Assembly (NCBI GenBank): GCA_965112735.1
Contig: OZ218953.1
Span: forward strand, 5,394,001-5,458,000
Reading direction: 5' to 3'
DNA length: 64,000 nucleotides
DNA from: Phaeosaccion multiseriatum
Taxonomy: Eukaryota; Protista; Ochrophyta, other classes
Positions 23,958-35,730 of this stretch are shown piece after piece; the stretch's first letter is position 1; every line of letters begins with the position of its first letter. Below the pieces are notes generated by a model that was not told where the DNA came from, made no database searches, and was given only the letters and a program-made list of their open reading frames with translations. The position numbers and the translations under genes were made by a program.

Positions 23958-26900
23958 ATGAGCAGCGTGCGTGACGTGAGTCCTGCGCTCGCTCCTCTGG
24001 ATGCCGAGGGAGTCAGGGGGAGGACTGCGGCTGTCCCGTTGTGGAAAGGTCGAGAGCTGCTACTGGAGGCGGTACAGGAGGTGTTGTCCCAGTGGCTGAA
24101 AGGGAGTAGAGGAGAGGACTGCTGCGCTGGCCAGGAGAGGCAGCAGCAGGGCGACAGTGGAGAGGAGGCGCGTGGGGATGCCTTGCTGCACGTGCGTCGC
24201 ATACAAGTACGAGTGGACGACGAGGAGCTTGGCCATGACGCGCCACTCTGCTGGCTGCGGGCCCAGCAAGACCGGCAACAAGGCCCACACAACTTCGTGC
24301 CTCAGGTGCTATTCAGCACCCCAGGCGCTGTGGGAGGGGATGGGCCTGGAGGAGCAGACGGAGAGGAGGAAGAAGGAGGAGGGCTTGCCGATGGTGGTGT
24401 AGCCGCAGCGGGGCTAGGTGCAGCGTACAAGCTGGGAGGCGAAGGCGAGGTGTCTGCAGAGGCGGTGCGAGGCCTCGAGCACCTCCCTGGGCAGGTCCGC
24501 CTCTATGGGGGGGGGCGCTTCGACGCGGACACAATGGCGGCCGAGGAGTGGCGTGCCTTTGGAGGGTATTGCTTCATCTTGCCGACCCTGGAACTGCGAG
24601 TGGATGACAACGATGGCAGCGCTGACACCGCGAACGAAGGCGACTCTGACGCCCCAGTCCTTGCGGTGAACCTCTGCTGGAGTAGCGGCCCCGCGTGCTC
24701 CTCTTCGTTGTTACCATCGCTGACTGACGCTGCCTCGCGTGAGGACCTGCGTACTAGTATTGATCAGGCCTTGTCGCTGCTGGAGCGGATGCAGTGCCGG
24801 TATGTGCGGCCTGGCGAGGGAGGGACTCTGCCTCACTACGAGGGCTTGACAGAGAACGTGTCCAGAGCGGAGTGGGGCGACATGATGGGAGCGGCGCTGG
24901 AGGACTTGCAACAGGACAGGTGAGGCCGGCTTTTTGTAGAGCACCCACCAAGCCACTATTATCGGGGGGGGGGGGGGGGGTACTGAATACCAGAGAGTGG
25001 GGAAGAAGATGGACATGGCTTCGGTCCGACCAGGCATTGTCGCCGCTTTCCAGGACTGAGCGTCTTCGTGACATAATCTCCACCCCCCCCCCCACTGTTC
25101 ATGTCTGCAGGTATCGAAAGGTGGTGCTGGCCCGCAGCTCCACGCTGCGCTTCGGCTGCTCCGTGTCCCCCACCTCTGTACTGGCTCGCCTCGGCCTGCA
25201 CCAGCAACTGCAGTACCTCTTCTGTCTGCAGCTGGAGGAGGACCAGGCCTTTGTGTGTTGCACGCCCGAGAAGCTCTTCCGATTGGACAGGCGAGGAAGG
25301 GTGTACACGGAGGCGCTGGCGGGCACGAGGAGGAGGGGTGGGCAGCGGCAAGCGGAGGAGGAGGACGACGAGGATGAGGTGATGGAGAGAGAGCTGATGG
25401 CCTCCGCCAAGGACGGCGTGGAGAATTCAATTACGGTGGACTCGATAGTAGCGAGTCTGCAGAGAGCGGGGGCCGTGCAAGTGAAGGTTTCCGAGGTCCG
25501 AGTCAAGAAGTTGCGCTTCGTGCAGCACCTCCGTCGCGCCATCACGGGGGTCCTGGAGCAGGGAGAGGCAGAGGGGGGCGAGGGGGAGGTTTGTCGCGTG
25601 CCTCATGCGAATGGGACGCCGCATTCTCACTCCGCCGGCGATGGGAACGGAGAGCGGGGCGCCTCGGGCTTGAACGGGCACTCCAGCCCCCACTCCAGCA
25701 GCTCTGGCAGCAGCGGCAGTGGCGTCTCGCTGATGGAGGGGGCGCTTAGCTTGCTGCACCACTTGCACCCGACCCCCGCAGTCTGCGGCCAGCCCAAAGC
25801 TGAGGCCAAGGGCGTGATTCGCCGCCTCGAGCCCTTCGACCGCGGCTTCTACGCCGGCCCCGTGGGCTTCCTCTCGTCTACGGGCTGCGAGTTCGCTGTG
25901 GCCATCCGTAGCGCCCTCCTCTCCGGCACCAGCCCAGGCAAGCGCAAGCCAGGGCAAGGGCATGGCTCTGGTCAAAGCCAGCAGCAGGACCAAGAGCCGA
26001 GCGAAGGAGGAGGAGGAGGAGGAGGAGGAGGAGGAGGAGGAGGAGGAAGGGGGGGTTCTGCATTAGGAGGGTCTGAAGGCTGCACGCACCTGACAGTGTA
26101 CGCGGGCTGCGGCATCGTGCCGGGCTCCTCTGCGCAGGAGGAGTGGGTCGAGTCCGGTCCTGACGCCAAGATGAAGAACTACACCGCCCTCTTCTCCCCG
26201 CAGCCCTCCCTGTCCGGCCTGGTTAGCCTCAACGCTCTGTGGGCGGCGGCGGTGGTGGAGGAGCTGGTGCGGTTGGGTGTCTCCCACTTCTGCCTCTGCC
26301 CAGGCTCGCGCTCCACACCCCTGACGGTGGCAGTGGCTCGGCACCTGGGGGCCACTCACCTCGTCCACCACGACGAGAGGGGGGCGGCGTTTTACGCTGT
26401 GGGATTCGCCCGGGCCACGGGGAGGCCCTGCGTCGTCGTTACCACCTCAGGTCAGTGTTTTATCAACTTATAAGAGTCAACCTAAGAATTACGTATGTGT
26501 GGGTGTGTGTGGAGGGGGCGGGGGGCGGCAGAGGGACGGATAATGGGAGAGCAAGGCAGACGAGGAGTGGAGGTATAAAGTCTCACGTCCTCTCCCCCTC
26601 TCTCCCGCTCCACCCCCCCCCCCCGCTCTCTCTGCAGGGACAGCGGTGGCCAACCTGCTGCCCGGCGTGGCGGAGGCCAAGGAGGCAGGCCTGCCCCTGC
26701 TACTGCTCACCGCAGACCGCCCCTCGGAACTGCGCTGCACAGGAAGCAATCAGACCATAGATCAGGTCAGAAGGGGTCACAAGAGAAGAGCCTTGTTCTC
26801 TCATTCTCTCGTTCTCTCGTTCTCTCGTTCTCTCGTTTTCGTGCGTGTGTGTGTGTTGTGTCGCTCTTTCGTGGCCAGTCCTTGACAGGAGGAAGGTCTT

Positions 26901-29900
26901 CTTTCCCTTGCCCCTCCCTCGAGCCTTTCTCCCCCACTCACCCTTCACTCTCCCCCCGCCCCTCCCCGCGGCTCTTGTCCCTACCCACTACCCATACACC
27001 TCCGAGCAGGTGAAGATCTTCGGCGGCTTTGTGCGGTGGTTCAAAGACATGCCTTGCCCGTCCGACTCCGTCCCCCTCCAGTCTCTGCTCAGCGACATTG
27101 ACCACGCTGTGAGGCAGACGCGCATGGGGGATGGCAGTGGAAGGGGAGGCGCGGTGCACCTCAACTTCATGTTCAGAGAGAACCTTGCACCCGAGGGGGG
27201 CGCCGTCCGCGACGACGTGTCGGCAGGTGGGGTGTTACGTGGGGCAGTAGGTGGGGCCATTGGTTCACCAAGGCGGCGGTTGGGATGTAGCGCAAAGGGC
27301 AGAGCCAGAGGCGGATTGAGCGAAGGAATGACGCACTTGTGGCAGTGAAGGCGGTGGTGTAACCTTTTGGACCATGTCTGCCCTGCTCTATCCTGCTCTG
27401 CCCCGGCCTGGCCGCTCACACCATGTACTCGCTCCTGGCGGCCCTGTGTCCCCCCTTCCCCTTTCTCTCTGTCAGGTGCCCAGAAGAGCAGGGATCTGAG
27501 CGAGTGGCAGCGCTGGTGCGTGGAGGGACACAGAGTGATCCAGTGGGAGAGAGGATGTCGCCCCTTCACACAGAGCCTGGGCCGCCAAGTCGTCCCCTGC
27601 CTTGCCCCCATCGCGGTCTCGCTGCTCGGGCCCCGCACCCGACAAGGGTTGCTCGTGGTGGGGTCGCTGGGCGGACCCTCAGACAGAGCCGCAGTGCGCT
27701 TCCTTGCCGAGTCCGTGCTGAACGGGTGGCCCGTCTTCGCCGACATCCAGTCGGGGCTGCGCACTCTCCTCAGCCCGCGAGTCAATGTGCAGCACTACGA
27801 CCACTTGCTGCTGTCGCCATTTGTGGAGGCAGGCTTGGTGCCGGATGTGATTCTGCAGATTGGCAGCCCTGTGGTGTCCAAGCGCCTGCAGGCCTTCCTC
27901 ACCAAAAGGGCGTGGACATCGGAAGCAAGCGTATTTGTCTCTACATCGAGTGGCAGGCACGACCCCGGGCTGTGCCTTACGCACACTGTGGAGTGCGATG
28001 TGGTGCACTTTGTGCAGCAGATGAGCGCTGAGCAGGCCAGGATCAAGACGAGAGAGCAGCAGAGGCAGCAGTTGGTGATACAGCAGCAGGAATCCACCAA
28101 GTGGTTGCTGGAGCTGGATAGCCGCGTGTCACCGGCCTTGCTAGGGGAGATTCGGAACCCCCCAAGCCCCGCACTAGAGCCACCGGCAGCACCAGTTGGT
28201 AGTACGGCACCACCGCCAGCAGCGACCGCGGTCGAAGTGGACGGAGGGCAGGGAGGGCAGAGAGAGGGCTTCGCGGAGGGGGGACGGTTGACGGAGCCAT
28301 TTGTAGCACTGCACGTCGCAGAGGCGGAGACGGAAGGGAGAGCGTCAGCGCAGAGGGGTCTCTTTCTGTCCAACAGCATGGCCGTCAGGGATGTGGACTT
28401 CTTCTGCTCTGCGCAGCCGCTGCGAGGAAGGGCTCCGTCCAGGGGAGGGGCGGGCTCGTCAGGAGGGGCAGCAGCACAGCCACCGCAGCGAATCGGAGGG
28501 GGAGGAGGGAGGAGGAGGAGGCGGCGAAGGCCTCAGGCAGTGGCTGTGAATCGCGGATGCAGCGGGATTGACGGCATCATCAGCTCCGCCTTGGGCTACG
28601 CGGAGGGCCTGAAGAGGCCCGTTACTCTCCTGCTCGGGGACATGACGGCCCTGCACGACGTGAACGCCATCCACCTGCTGGGCAGCGGTCTAGTGGCCAG
28701 CGGCAGGGGGGGCGGGGCAGGGGCACTGGGCTCTCCGCCGCTGTGCATGGTGTGCGTGAACAACGGAGGGAGCGGCATCTTCTCCTTCCTGCCCATCGCA
28801 CGCCACATCGACGTGTTCTCCCCATTCTTCAACACGCCGCACAAAGTAAGCTTCGAGGGCATTTGCTCGAGCTTCGGCGTCGCCTACTTCCGCTGCCTCA
28901 CAGTGGAGGCATTTGTCAGAGCCTATGCACGGGCAAGGGACATGGGAACGCCCTGCTTTATCGAAGCGGTGACGGTCGAAACCCTCCCTGGCCCTGGTGG
29001 TGGTGAGGTGGAGAGGGAGAGAGGGCAAGCCAATGTATCGGTGCACCGCTGCTTGGGCGACGTTTGCAGACAGAGCGCAGAGAGAGAGATGGTGCCGCAT
29101 CTGGCCTGGGAGTTCACCCCTGGGGTCATCAGCAACAGCAACGGCAACAGCAACGGCAGCAGCACTGGAGTCGGGGGAGGGGGGGGAGGGGGTAAGAGAG
29201 GGCGGTGGCGGCAAAGAGGGGGGGCGGACTGCACAAGGGCACAGGCTCCTGTTCTGCTGCTACTGCACGGCTTCATGGGAAGCATGAGGGACTTTGACGC
29301 GATGGTACCGCTCCTCGCCAGGAACGGGCACGACTGTGTGGTGCTGGACCTGCCGGGACACGGCCAGTCAGGGCAGTCGGGCGGTCCCTCGCCAGATGGA
29401 GGAGGAGGAGGAGGAGGAGGAGGCAGCGCGAGCTTGACGCTGGAGGCGGCGGCTGCGGGGGTGGAGAGGGTGCTCCATGAGGTGCTTTCTGACCAGCCAA
29501 GAGAGGGGGGGGTGTGCCGGGGTGTGGTAGTGGTGGGCTATTCTCTAGGGGGGAGGGTGGCCATGCAGCTCATGCAGCAGCGCCCCTCGCTGGTAATGGG
29601 ATTCGTTGCCCTGTCGGCTAACTTCGGACTGCGCACCAATGGAGAGAGGGTGCAGCGCTGGAGGAAGGATGTCGTCACTGCGGCCAGGCTTTGTTCCACC
29701 GCAGCAGCCACGCGAGGAGGAGGAGGAGGAGGAGGAAGAGGACAGTACGAGGCGTTTCTGCGCTGGTGGTACTCACTGCCCATCTTCGGCAGGCTCCAAT
29801 CCGAGAGAGAGGCGGTACTGGAGAGCATGATTCACAGGAGGCTCGCATCAGGCGGGCAGCCCTCTGTGCTGAGTGAAGTGCTTCTGTCCATGTCAGTCGC

Positions 29901-32196
29901 TCAGCAGGCCGACCATTGGGACAGCCTGGCCTCTTCAAAAGGAGCCTCCTCTAGAGGGGCAGGGGCGGGTTGCCCGGTGCTGCTCGTGGCCGGGGAGGAG
30001 GATGAAAAGTACGTGGACTCGTACAGTGCACACCTCAAGCGGGTGGGGGGACGGCGGTATAACGCAGAGGACGGGGAGGAAGGGAACGGAGACCTCCGGC
30101 ACACAGCTGGCAGCGACGGTGGTGATGGGCGTATTGGAGGACCGAGGGGAGGACCAAAAAAGGAGGGGCAGATAGGCCCAAATGGCGTACCGATTGGGGC
30201 AGCTGCGGACAGGGCGTTGGGGGGAGGGCAGGCGGCGAAGGGGGGTGCCGCCGCTGACCCAGCCCATACGGACCGAGAGGGCAGTCCTTGTGCAGCAGAG
30301 GGAGCAAGCGAGGGAACAAGCCCAATGCTGTCTCTGGCCGTCATCCCAGGCTGTGGCCACGCCTTGCCGGCGGAGGCCCCAGAGGAGGTGTGTCGGCTTA
30401 TCCGAAGCTTCGCTTCTTCTCTGCCGGTGGGGGCAGCAGGCGGGGAGGAACAAGACGAGGGCGATGGCCATGACGATGGCCATGACGACAGGGATGTGAG
30501 CGTGGGCATAGGAGTGACCATCGACTCGCTCGAGACGGAGCGCATGTGTGTGCCCCTGCGGAGGCCCCTGCTGCTCAGCAGGGGGGGCAGCATCGAGACA
30601 AGGGACGGGGTGTTGGTGCGATTGACCGCCACCGCGACAAGCACGAACAGCAGCAGCAGCAGCAGCGGCAGCGGCAGCGGCAGGAGTGGGAGTCGTAGAG
30701 GGCAGGGTCGTGTTGTGTGTCGCGGCGTGGGGGAGGCTTGCCCCCTTCCCCATTTCCACCCTGAGTCGTGGCAGGAGGCCGAGGCTCAGCTGCAGCAAAT
30801 GGGCCCTCGGATGGCCGGAGTTGCGCTTCCTCTATCGCTGGCCAGGCTGGACGGAGCCCTAGCCAGGCTCTTGCACGCGCGCTGGGGAGGAAAGGGGCCT
30901 TTGTTGCCTTCCGTCGTGGCTGCGCTGGAGATGGCCGTTCTGCACGTGCTGGCGGCAGCGCAGAGCACCAACATTTCCTTGCTCGTGGCTAGGGCAAGGG
31001 GATGCAAAGCGCGCTCCCACGTGCTCATCAACAGCCTCGCCACGAGGGAGGACAGGGCAGTAAGTCAAGGGGGGGCAGTGAGTCAGGGGGTGAAAGTGGT
31101 CAAGGTCAAGGTCGGAGCAGCGGACAGCAGCCCTGACAAGGACGCGGCTCGAGTGCGCGAGGTGAGTGAGTGCGTGCGTGCGTGAGTGAGTGCGTGAGTG
31201 CGTGAGTGAGTTGAAAGTCTGTCTCTGGACACTGCGCTACAATGTATTGACTCGTTTCCTTTGGATGGCTTGCTGCCTACCCCCTGGCTGCAGGTGCTGG
31301 CAAGCAGCAGAAGCAGCTGCAGTCCTTCTCAAGAGGTTCGGCTGCGCTTGGACGCCAACCAGGCCTGGTCCTTGGACGAGGCCCTCCGATTCGCAGAGGC
31401 CTTGCGGGGGGGGGGTGACGGCGTTATCGATCACATCGACTACATAGAGGAGCCCCTTAGAGACCCCACCCCACAGCGCCTCAGAGCCTTCTTCGAGCGC
31501 TCCAACGGACTGCACTACGCCCTCGACGAGAGCCTCTTGCTGCTGCGGCAAGGCGAGGAGGGGGAGGGGGAGGGGGAGGAAGGGGAGAGGGGGGGAAGGA
31601 GGAGCAGGGGAGGCTCGGCGGGGGAGGGAGAGAAGGAAGAGAGCTTCGAGTGGAGCGAGGCCGACGTTTTAGGCTTGCTGCAGCTGGAGGAGCCCTGGGC
31701 AGGGGGCTGCAGAGCTCTCGTGGTGAAGCCCACTCTGTACGGGGGCCTGGAGAGGTGCCTGGCCTTGGCCCGCCTCATCGCTGAGGCCGACGCATGCAGA
31801 GTAGATGGAGCTCACAAGTCCAGCAGTAGCAACGGCAACAAGCAGAGCACAGGCGGAATCTCCATGGCCATCCCCACCAGCGAGCACGGCCAAGAGCGTG
31901 ACCGAGTGAATGTAAGACAAGGCCACGTGTCGCTGGTGCTGAGTGCCGCCTTCGAAGGCAGCGTCGCTCTCTGTCACCTGACCATGCTCGGGGCGGTGCT
32001 GGGCCCCGAGGGGGAGGGTGTGCACCACGGCCTGGGCACGTTCGCGATGCTGCGGCTGCGGCAAGGACACATGACGAGGGGGAGGGGGGGCGCCGTGGCC
32101 GCTGCTGCCGCCGTTCGGAGGGACGGAGGGGCCTTGCAGATTGGGCCGTGCCAGGCGCTCTTAGACGAGGTCGCCTGTGGTGGCCAGGAAGCGTAA
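23958..32196 (+). CDS. PHYLLO: PHYLLO-like naphthoquinone (vitamin K) biosynthesis fusion in the order MenF-MenD-MenH-MenC, 6 exons
   Basis: MenF: [55 protein letters not shown]. MenD: [60 protein letters not shown]. MenH: LHGFMG, GYSLGG, GEED, GH. MenC: KVKVG, LDANQAW, YIEEP, ALDES, VKPT. Introns 24920-25110, 26451-26637, 26766-27009, 27227-27475, 31162-31293. Confidence 0.93.
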
Positions 32197-32246
32197 TAAA
32201 AAATAAAAAAAATTGAAGTACATATACTGTGTTTCAAAAGGGGTAC

Positions 32247-32536
32247 TACTGTGATTTCGCGGTTGAGTGGCACTTTTGACGCCCCGTGAATTTTTTTTGA
32301 CGCCAAGTGACGATTACTTTGACGACGTTTGACGACGTTTGAATCCCTTTTTTTTTTTTTACTCATTTTAAAGCCCTGTTTGATATTTTTAATTTAATAT
32401 CAAACAGGGCTTTAAAATGAGTAAAAAAAAAAAAAGGGATTCAAACGTCGTCAAACGTCGTCAAAGTAATCGTCACTTGGCGTCAAAAAAAATTCACGGG
32501 GCGTCAAAAGTGCCACTCAACCGCGAAATCACAGTA
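32247..32536. mobile_element. Palindromic MITE/foldback element, TA-flanked, perfect 141-bp arms
   Basis: TA-CTGTGATTTCGCGGTTGAGTGGCACTTTTGACG...CGTCAAAAGTGCCACTCAACCGCGAAATCACAG-TA. Arms 32247-32387 and 32396-32536 flank an 8-nt loop. Confidence 0.85.
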
Positions 32537-32611
32537 ATAATGAATAATAATGAATTAACGGAGAAGAGAAGAGAAGAACGTCAAGTGCCATCTAGGAGAT
32601 TTTGTATTGTC

Positions 32612-33760
32612 TACTGTGATTTGGCGGTTTGAGTGGCACTTTTGACGCCCCATTAATTTTTTTTGACGCCAAATGACGATTTTTTTGACGACGTTTGACG
32701 ACGTTTGACGACGCTTTAGCCCCATATTTGACACCCTTTGACGCCCTTTTATCTTAATTCGCCTTAATTTCGTCTAAAAAAAACACGTAAAAAAAAATCA
32801 CGGAAAAGGGCGTCAAAGGGCGTCAAAGAGCGTCAAAAGTCGTCAAACGTCGTCAAAGTAATCGTCGTTTGGCGTCAAAAAAAAATCACGGGGCGTCAAA
32901 AGTGCCACTTACTGTGATTTCGCGGTTGAGTGGCACTTTTGACGCCCAATTACGCCCCATTAATTTTTTTTTACGCCAAATGACGATTTTTTTGACGACG
33001 TTTGACGACGTTTGACGACGCTTTAGCCCCCTATTTGACGCCCTTTGACGCCTTTTGACGCTCTTTGACGCCCTTTTCCGTGATTTTTTTTACGTGATTT
33101 TTTTAGACGAAATTAAGGCGAATTAAGATAAAAGGGCGTCAAAGTGCGTCAAAGGGCGTCAAAGGGCGTCAAATAGGGGGCTAAAGCGTCGTCAAACGTC
33201 GTCAAACGTCGTCAAAAAAATCGTCATTTGGCGTAAAAAAAAATTAATGGGGCGTAATTGGGCGTCAAAAGTGCCACTCAACCGCGAAATCACAGTAACC
33301 GCGAAATCACAGTAACCGTGATTTTTTTTTACGTGATTTTTTTTAGACGAAATTAAGGCGAATTACGACAAAAGGGCGTCAATGTGCGTCAAAGGGCGTC
33401 AAAGGGCGTCAAATAGGGGGCTAAAGCGTCGTCAAACGTCGTCAAAAAAATCGTCATTTGGCGTCAAAAAAAATTAATGGGGTGTCAAAAGTGCCACTCA
33501 AATGCCAAATCACAGTAATTCGCCTTATTTCTGTCTAAAAAATTACGTAAAAAAAAATCACGGAAAAGGGGGGGACGCTCTTTGACGCCCTTTGACGCCC
33601 TTTTCCATGATTTTTTTTTCCGTGATTTTTTTTAGACGAAAATAAGGCGAATTAAGATAAATGGGCGTCAAAGGACGTCAAAGTGCGTCAAATAGGGCTT
33701 TAAAGTGGGGTTCAAACGTCGTCAAAGGAATCGTCATTTGGCGTAAAAAAAAATTACGGC
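32612..33760. mobile_element. Nest of at least 4 copies or fragments of the same TA-flanked MITE family
   Basis: TIR starts at 32612 and 32910; TIR ends at 33297, 33314 and 33517. A shared core of about 65 bp (TTAATTCGCCTTAATTTCGTCTAAAAA..ATCACGGAAAA) occurs in both orientations, with many TTTGACGCCC/TTTGACGACG subrepeats. Confidence 0.85.
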
Positions 33761-33901
33761 CGACCGTATCACCAAATGCTGCGTTTCCGTGATTCTTTCC
33801 GTACTCATCTTCTTTTTTTCCCCTCTCTCTCGTCTTATAATCCCCTCCTTCTCTACCGTGTAGTCTAGAACTCCTTACTTGTTTGTAATGCTACGTCCTT
33901 A

Positions 33902-34871
33902 ATGGCGGGGGAGGAAAGTGTTGCCGCAATCGCAGCAGCTACATCAGCAGCCTCGCCTACAGTATCTCCAACGGAAGCAGGTTCAACGCAGGGGAGGCAA
34001 CCTCTCCTCGTTATTGCAGGAGCGACGGGTGAGAAGCAGTATTAGTAGCCCTTTCCCCCCATGGATAAGCTTACGCTGTGCTACCCTCTCCTCCCTGCCT
34101 CTTCTCAGGCACAGGGAAGACACGATTGGCTGTGGAGCTTGCCCTCGCGTTAAATGGAGAAGTCATCAATGCAGATGCCATGCAGCTCTACGAGGGCCTC
34201 GAGGTAAGTACTCTCCCGCCCAAAGCGCCGCAGTCTAAACCTCACTCACGAGCTGCAACGGTATCCTCTTCGGAACCCCTCCCTACCTCTGTCCTCGCTG
34301 GTCATCTCATACGACATGTCCACGGCAGGTGGCGACGGCGAAGGCAACGACGGAGGAGCAGCGAGGGGTGCCGCACCACTTGTTGGGGTGCGTAGACCCC
34401 CGCAAGGCCATCACCGTACGCGAGTTCCGCGGTCTGGCATTGGCGGCCATTGAAGATGTGGCGGGCAGAGGGAAGCTCCCCATCCTTGTGGGCGGAACCA
34501 ACTATTACATCGAGGCGGTGCTGTGGCCCTCTGCTCTACTGAAGCAGGAGAGCACAAATGACACGAAGGATTGTCCGCCTCTGGAGCAGCACCACCGGCG
34601 GCAGCGGAAGGAGCTGCAGCAGTGGGCCGCGGAGGTCAGGGAAGGGAAAGAGTCCGTGGATCAGGAACACGGGGAAGCCCTCCCTCCTCCTCCCTCTCAC
34701 GCGCAGGGGCATCGCCCGCAGGGGCAGCAGGGCTCTCTGTATGAGGCTCTGTGCCGCGTGGACCCTGCCCGCGCAAACGTTTTGCACCCCAACGATACAC
34801 GCAAGATACGCAGGAGCCTCGAGGTCTTCCGCCAGACGGGGCGGCCGCACAGCGAAATCATCAAGGAAGGT

Positions 34872-34907
<36 letters not shown>

Positions 34908-35688
34908 GAGGAGGAGGATGGTGGCGAGGTTCCTCGGCGGAGTGAGAGCAGTGGCAACGGGGGCAGCATGAGTGCGACGAAAGGAGGAGAGGAGCGGGAA
35001 ACGGAGACCGAGACGGAGACCTGTCTCTTCCACGCCGCGGTGCTGTGGGTGGACGCGGATTGGGACGTGCTGAAGGAGAGACTGCACAGAAGGGTGGACA
35101 GCATGCTCTCCAGAGGGCTGCTGAGGGAGGTGTGCCAGGCATACTCCACCTTTCCTGCTGCTATTGCAAGTGGTAGTCATGCCAAGGGGCAGGGGAAGGG
35201 CGAGGAGAAGGAGGGGAAGGAGGAGAGCGGAAGAGCAGCGAATTGGGACTTTGAGCATGGGCTGATGCAGGCCATCGGATTCAAGGAGTTTATGCCCTTC
35301 CTGCGGATGCTGAGCGGAGGAGGGCAGAGGGAAGGGGGAGAGGAGGGGGGGGGGGTGGGCTTGAAAGACCACCATCCCACGACTGGTGCGTCGGGACAGA
35401 CTGAGAGCCCGAAACACGCCCAAACTCGGATTCAGCGCCTTGGCGCAAACCCGAGCACGAGCGAGGCGGACTTGAGTCCAGAGCAGCGCAAAGTGCTCGG
35501 GCAGTGCCTGGATAAGCTCAAGACTAGCACCACAAGGTATGCGCGCACCCAGATCAAGTGGATTCGCAAACGCTTCGCCGCCGCGCCGTCCACAGTGACG
35601 AGCAGGAGGAGGTACCACACGTATCGAGTGGACACCACAGAGGTAGGGCGAGCTCTTGCTGGTGTATCACCAGCTGCCCCTCCTCCTC

Positions 35689-35730
<42 letters not shown>

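Noticed and set aside
28071-28083. GTTGGTGATACAG as a 13-nt GT-AG microintron
   Set aside because: Removing 13 nt would frameshift MenD, whose downstream motifs are in the unspliced frame. Many copies are also antisense or already intronic.
32247-33760. Repeat array as a CRISPR locus
   Set aside because: The repeats are inverted and nested with no unique spacers, there are no cas genes, and the context is eukaryotic.
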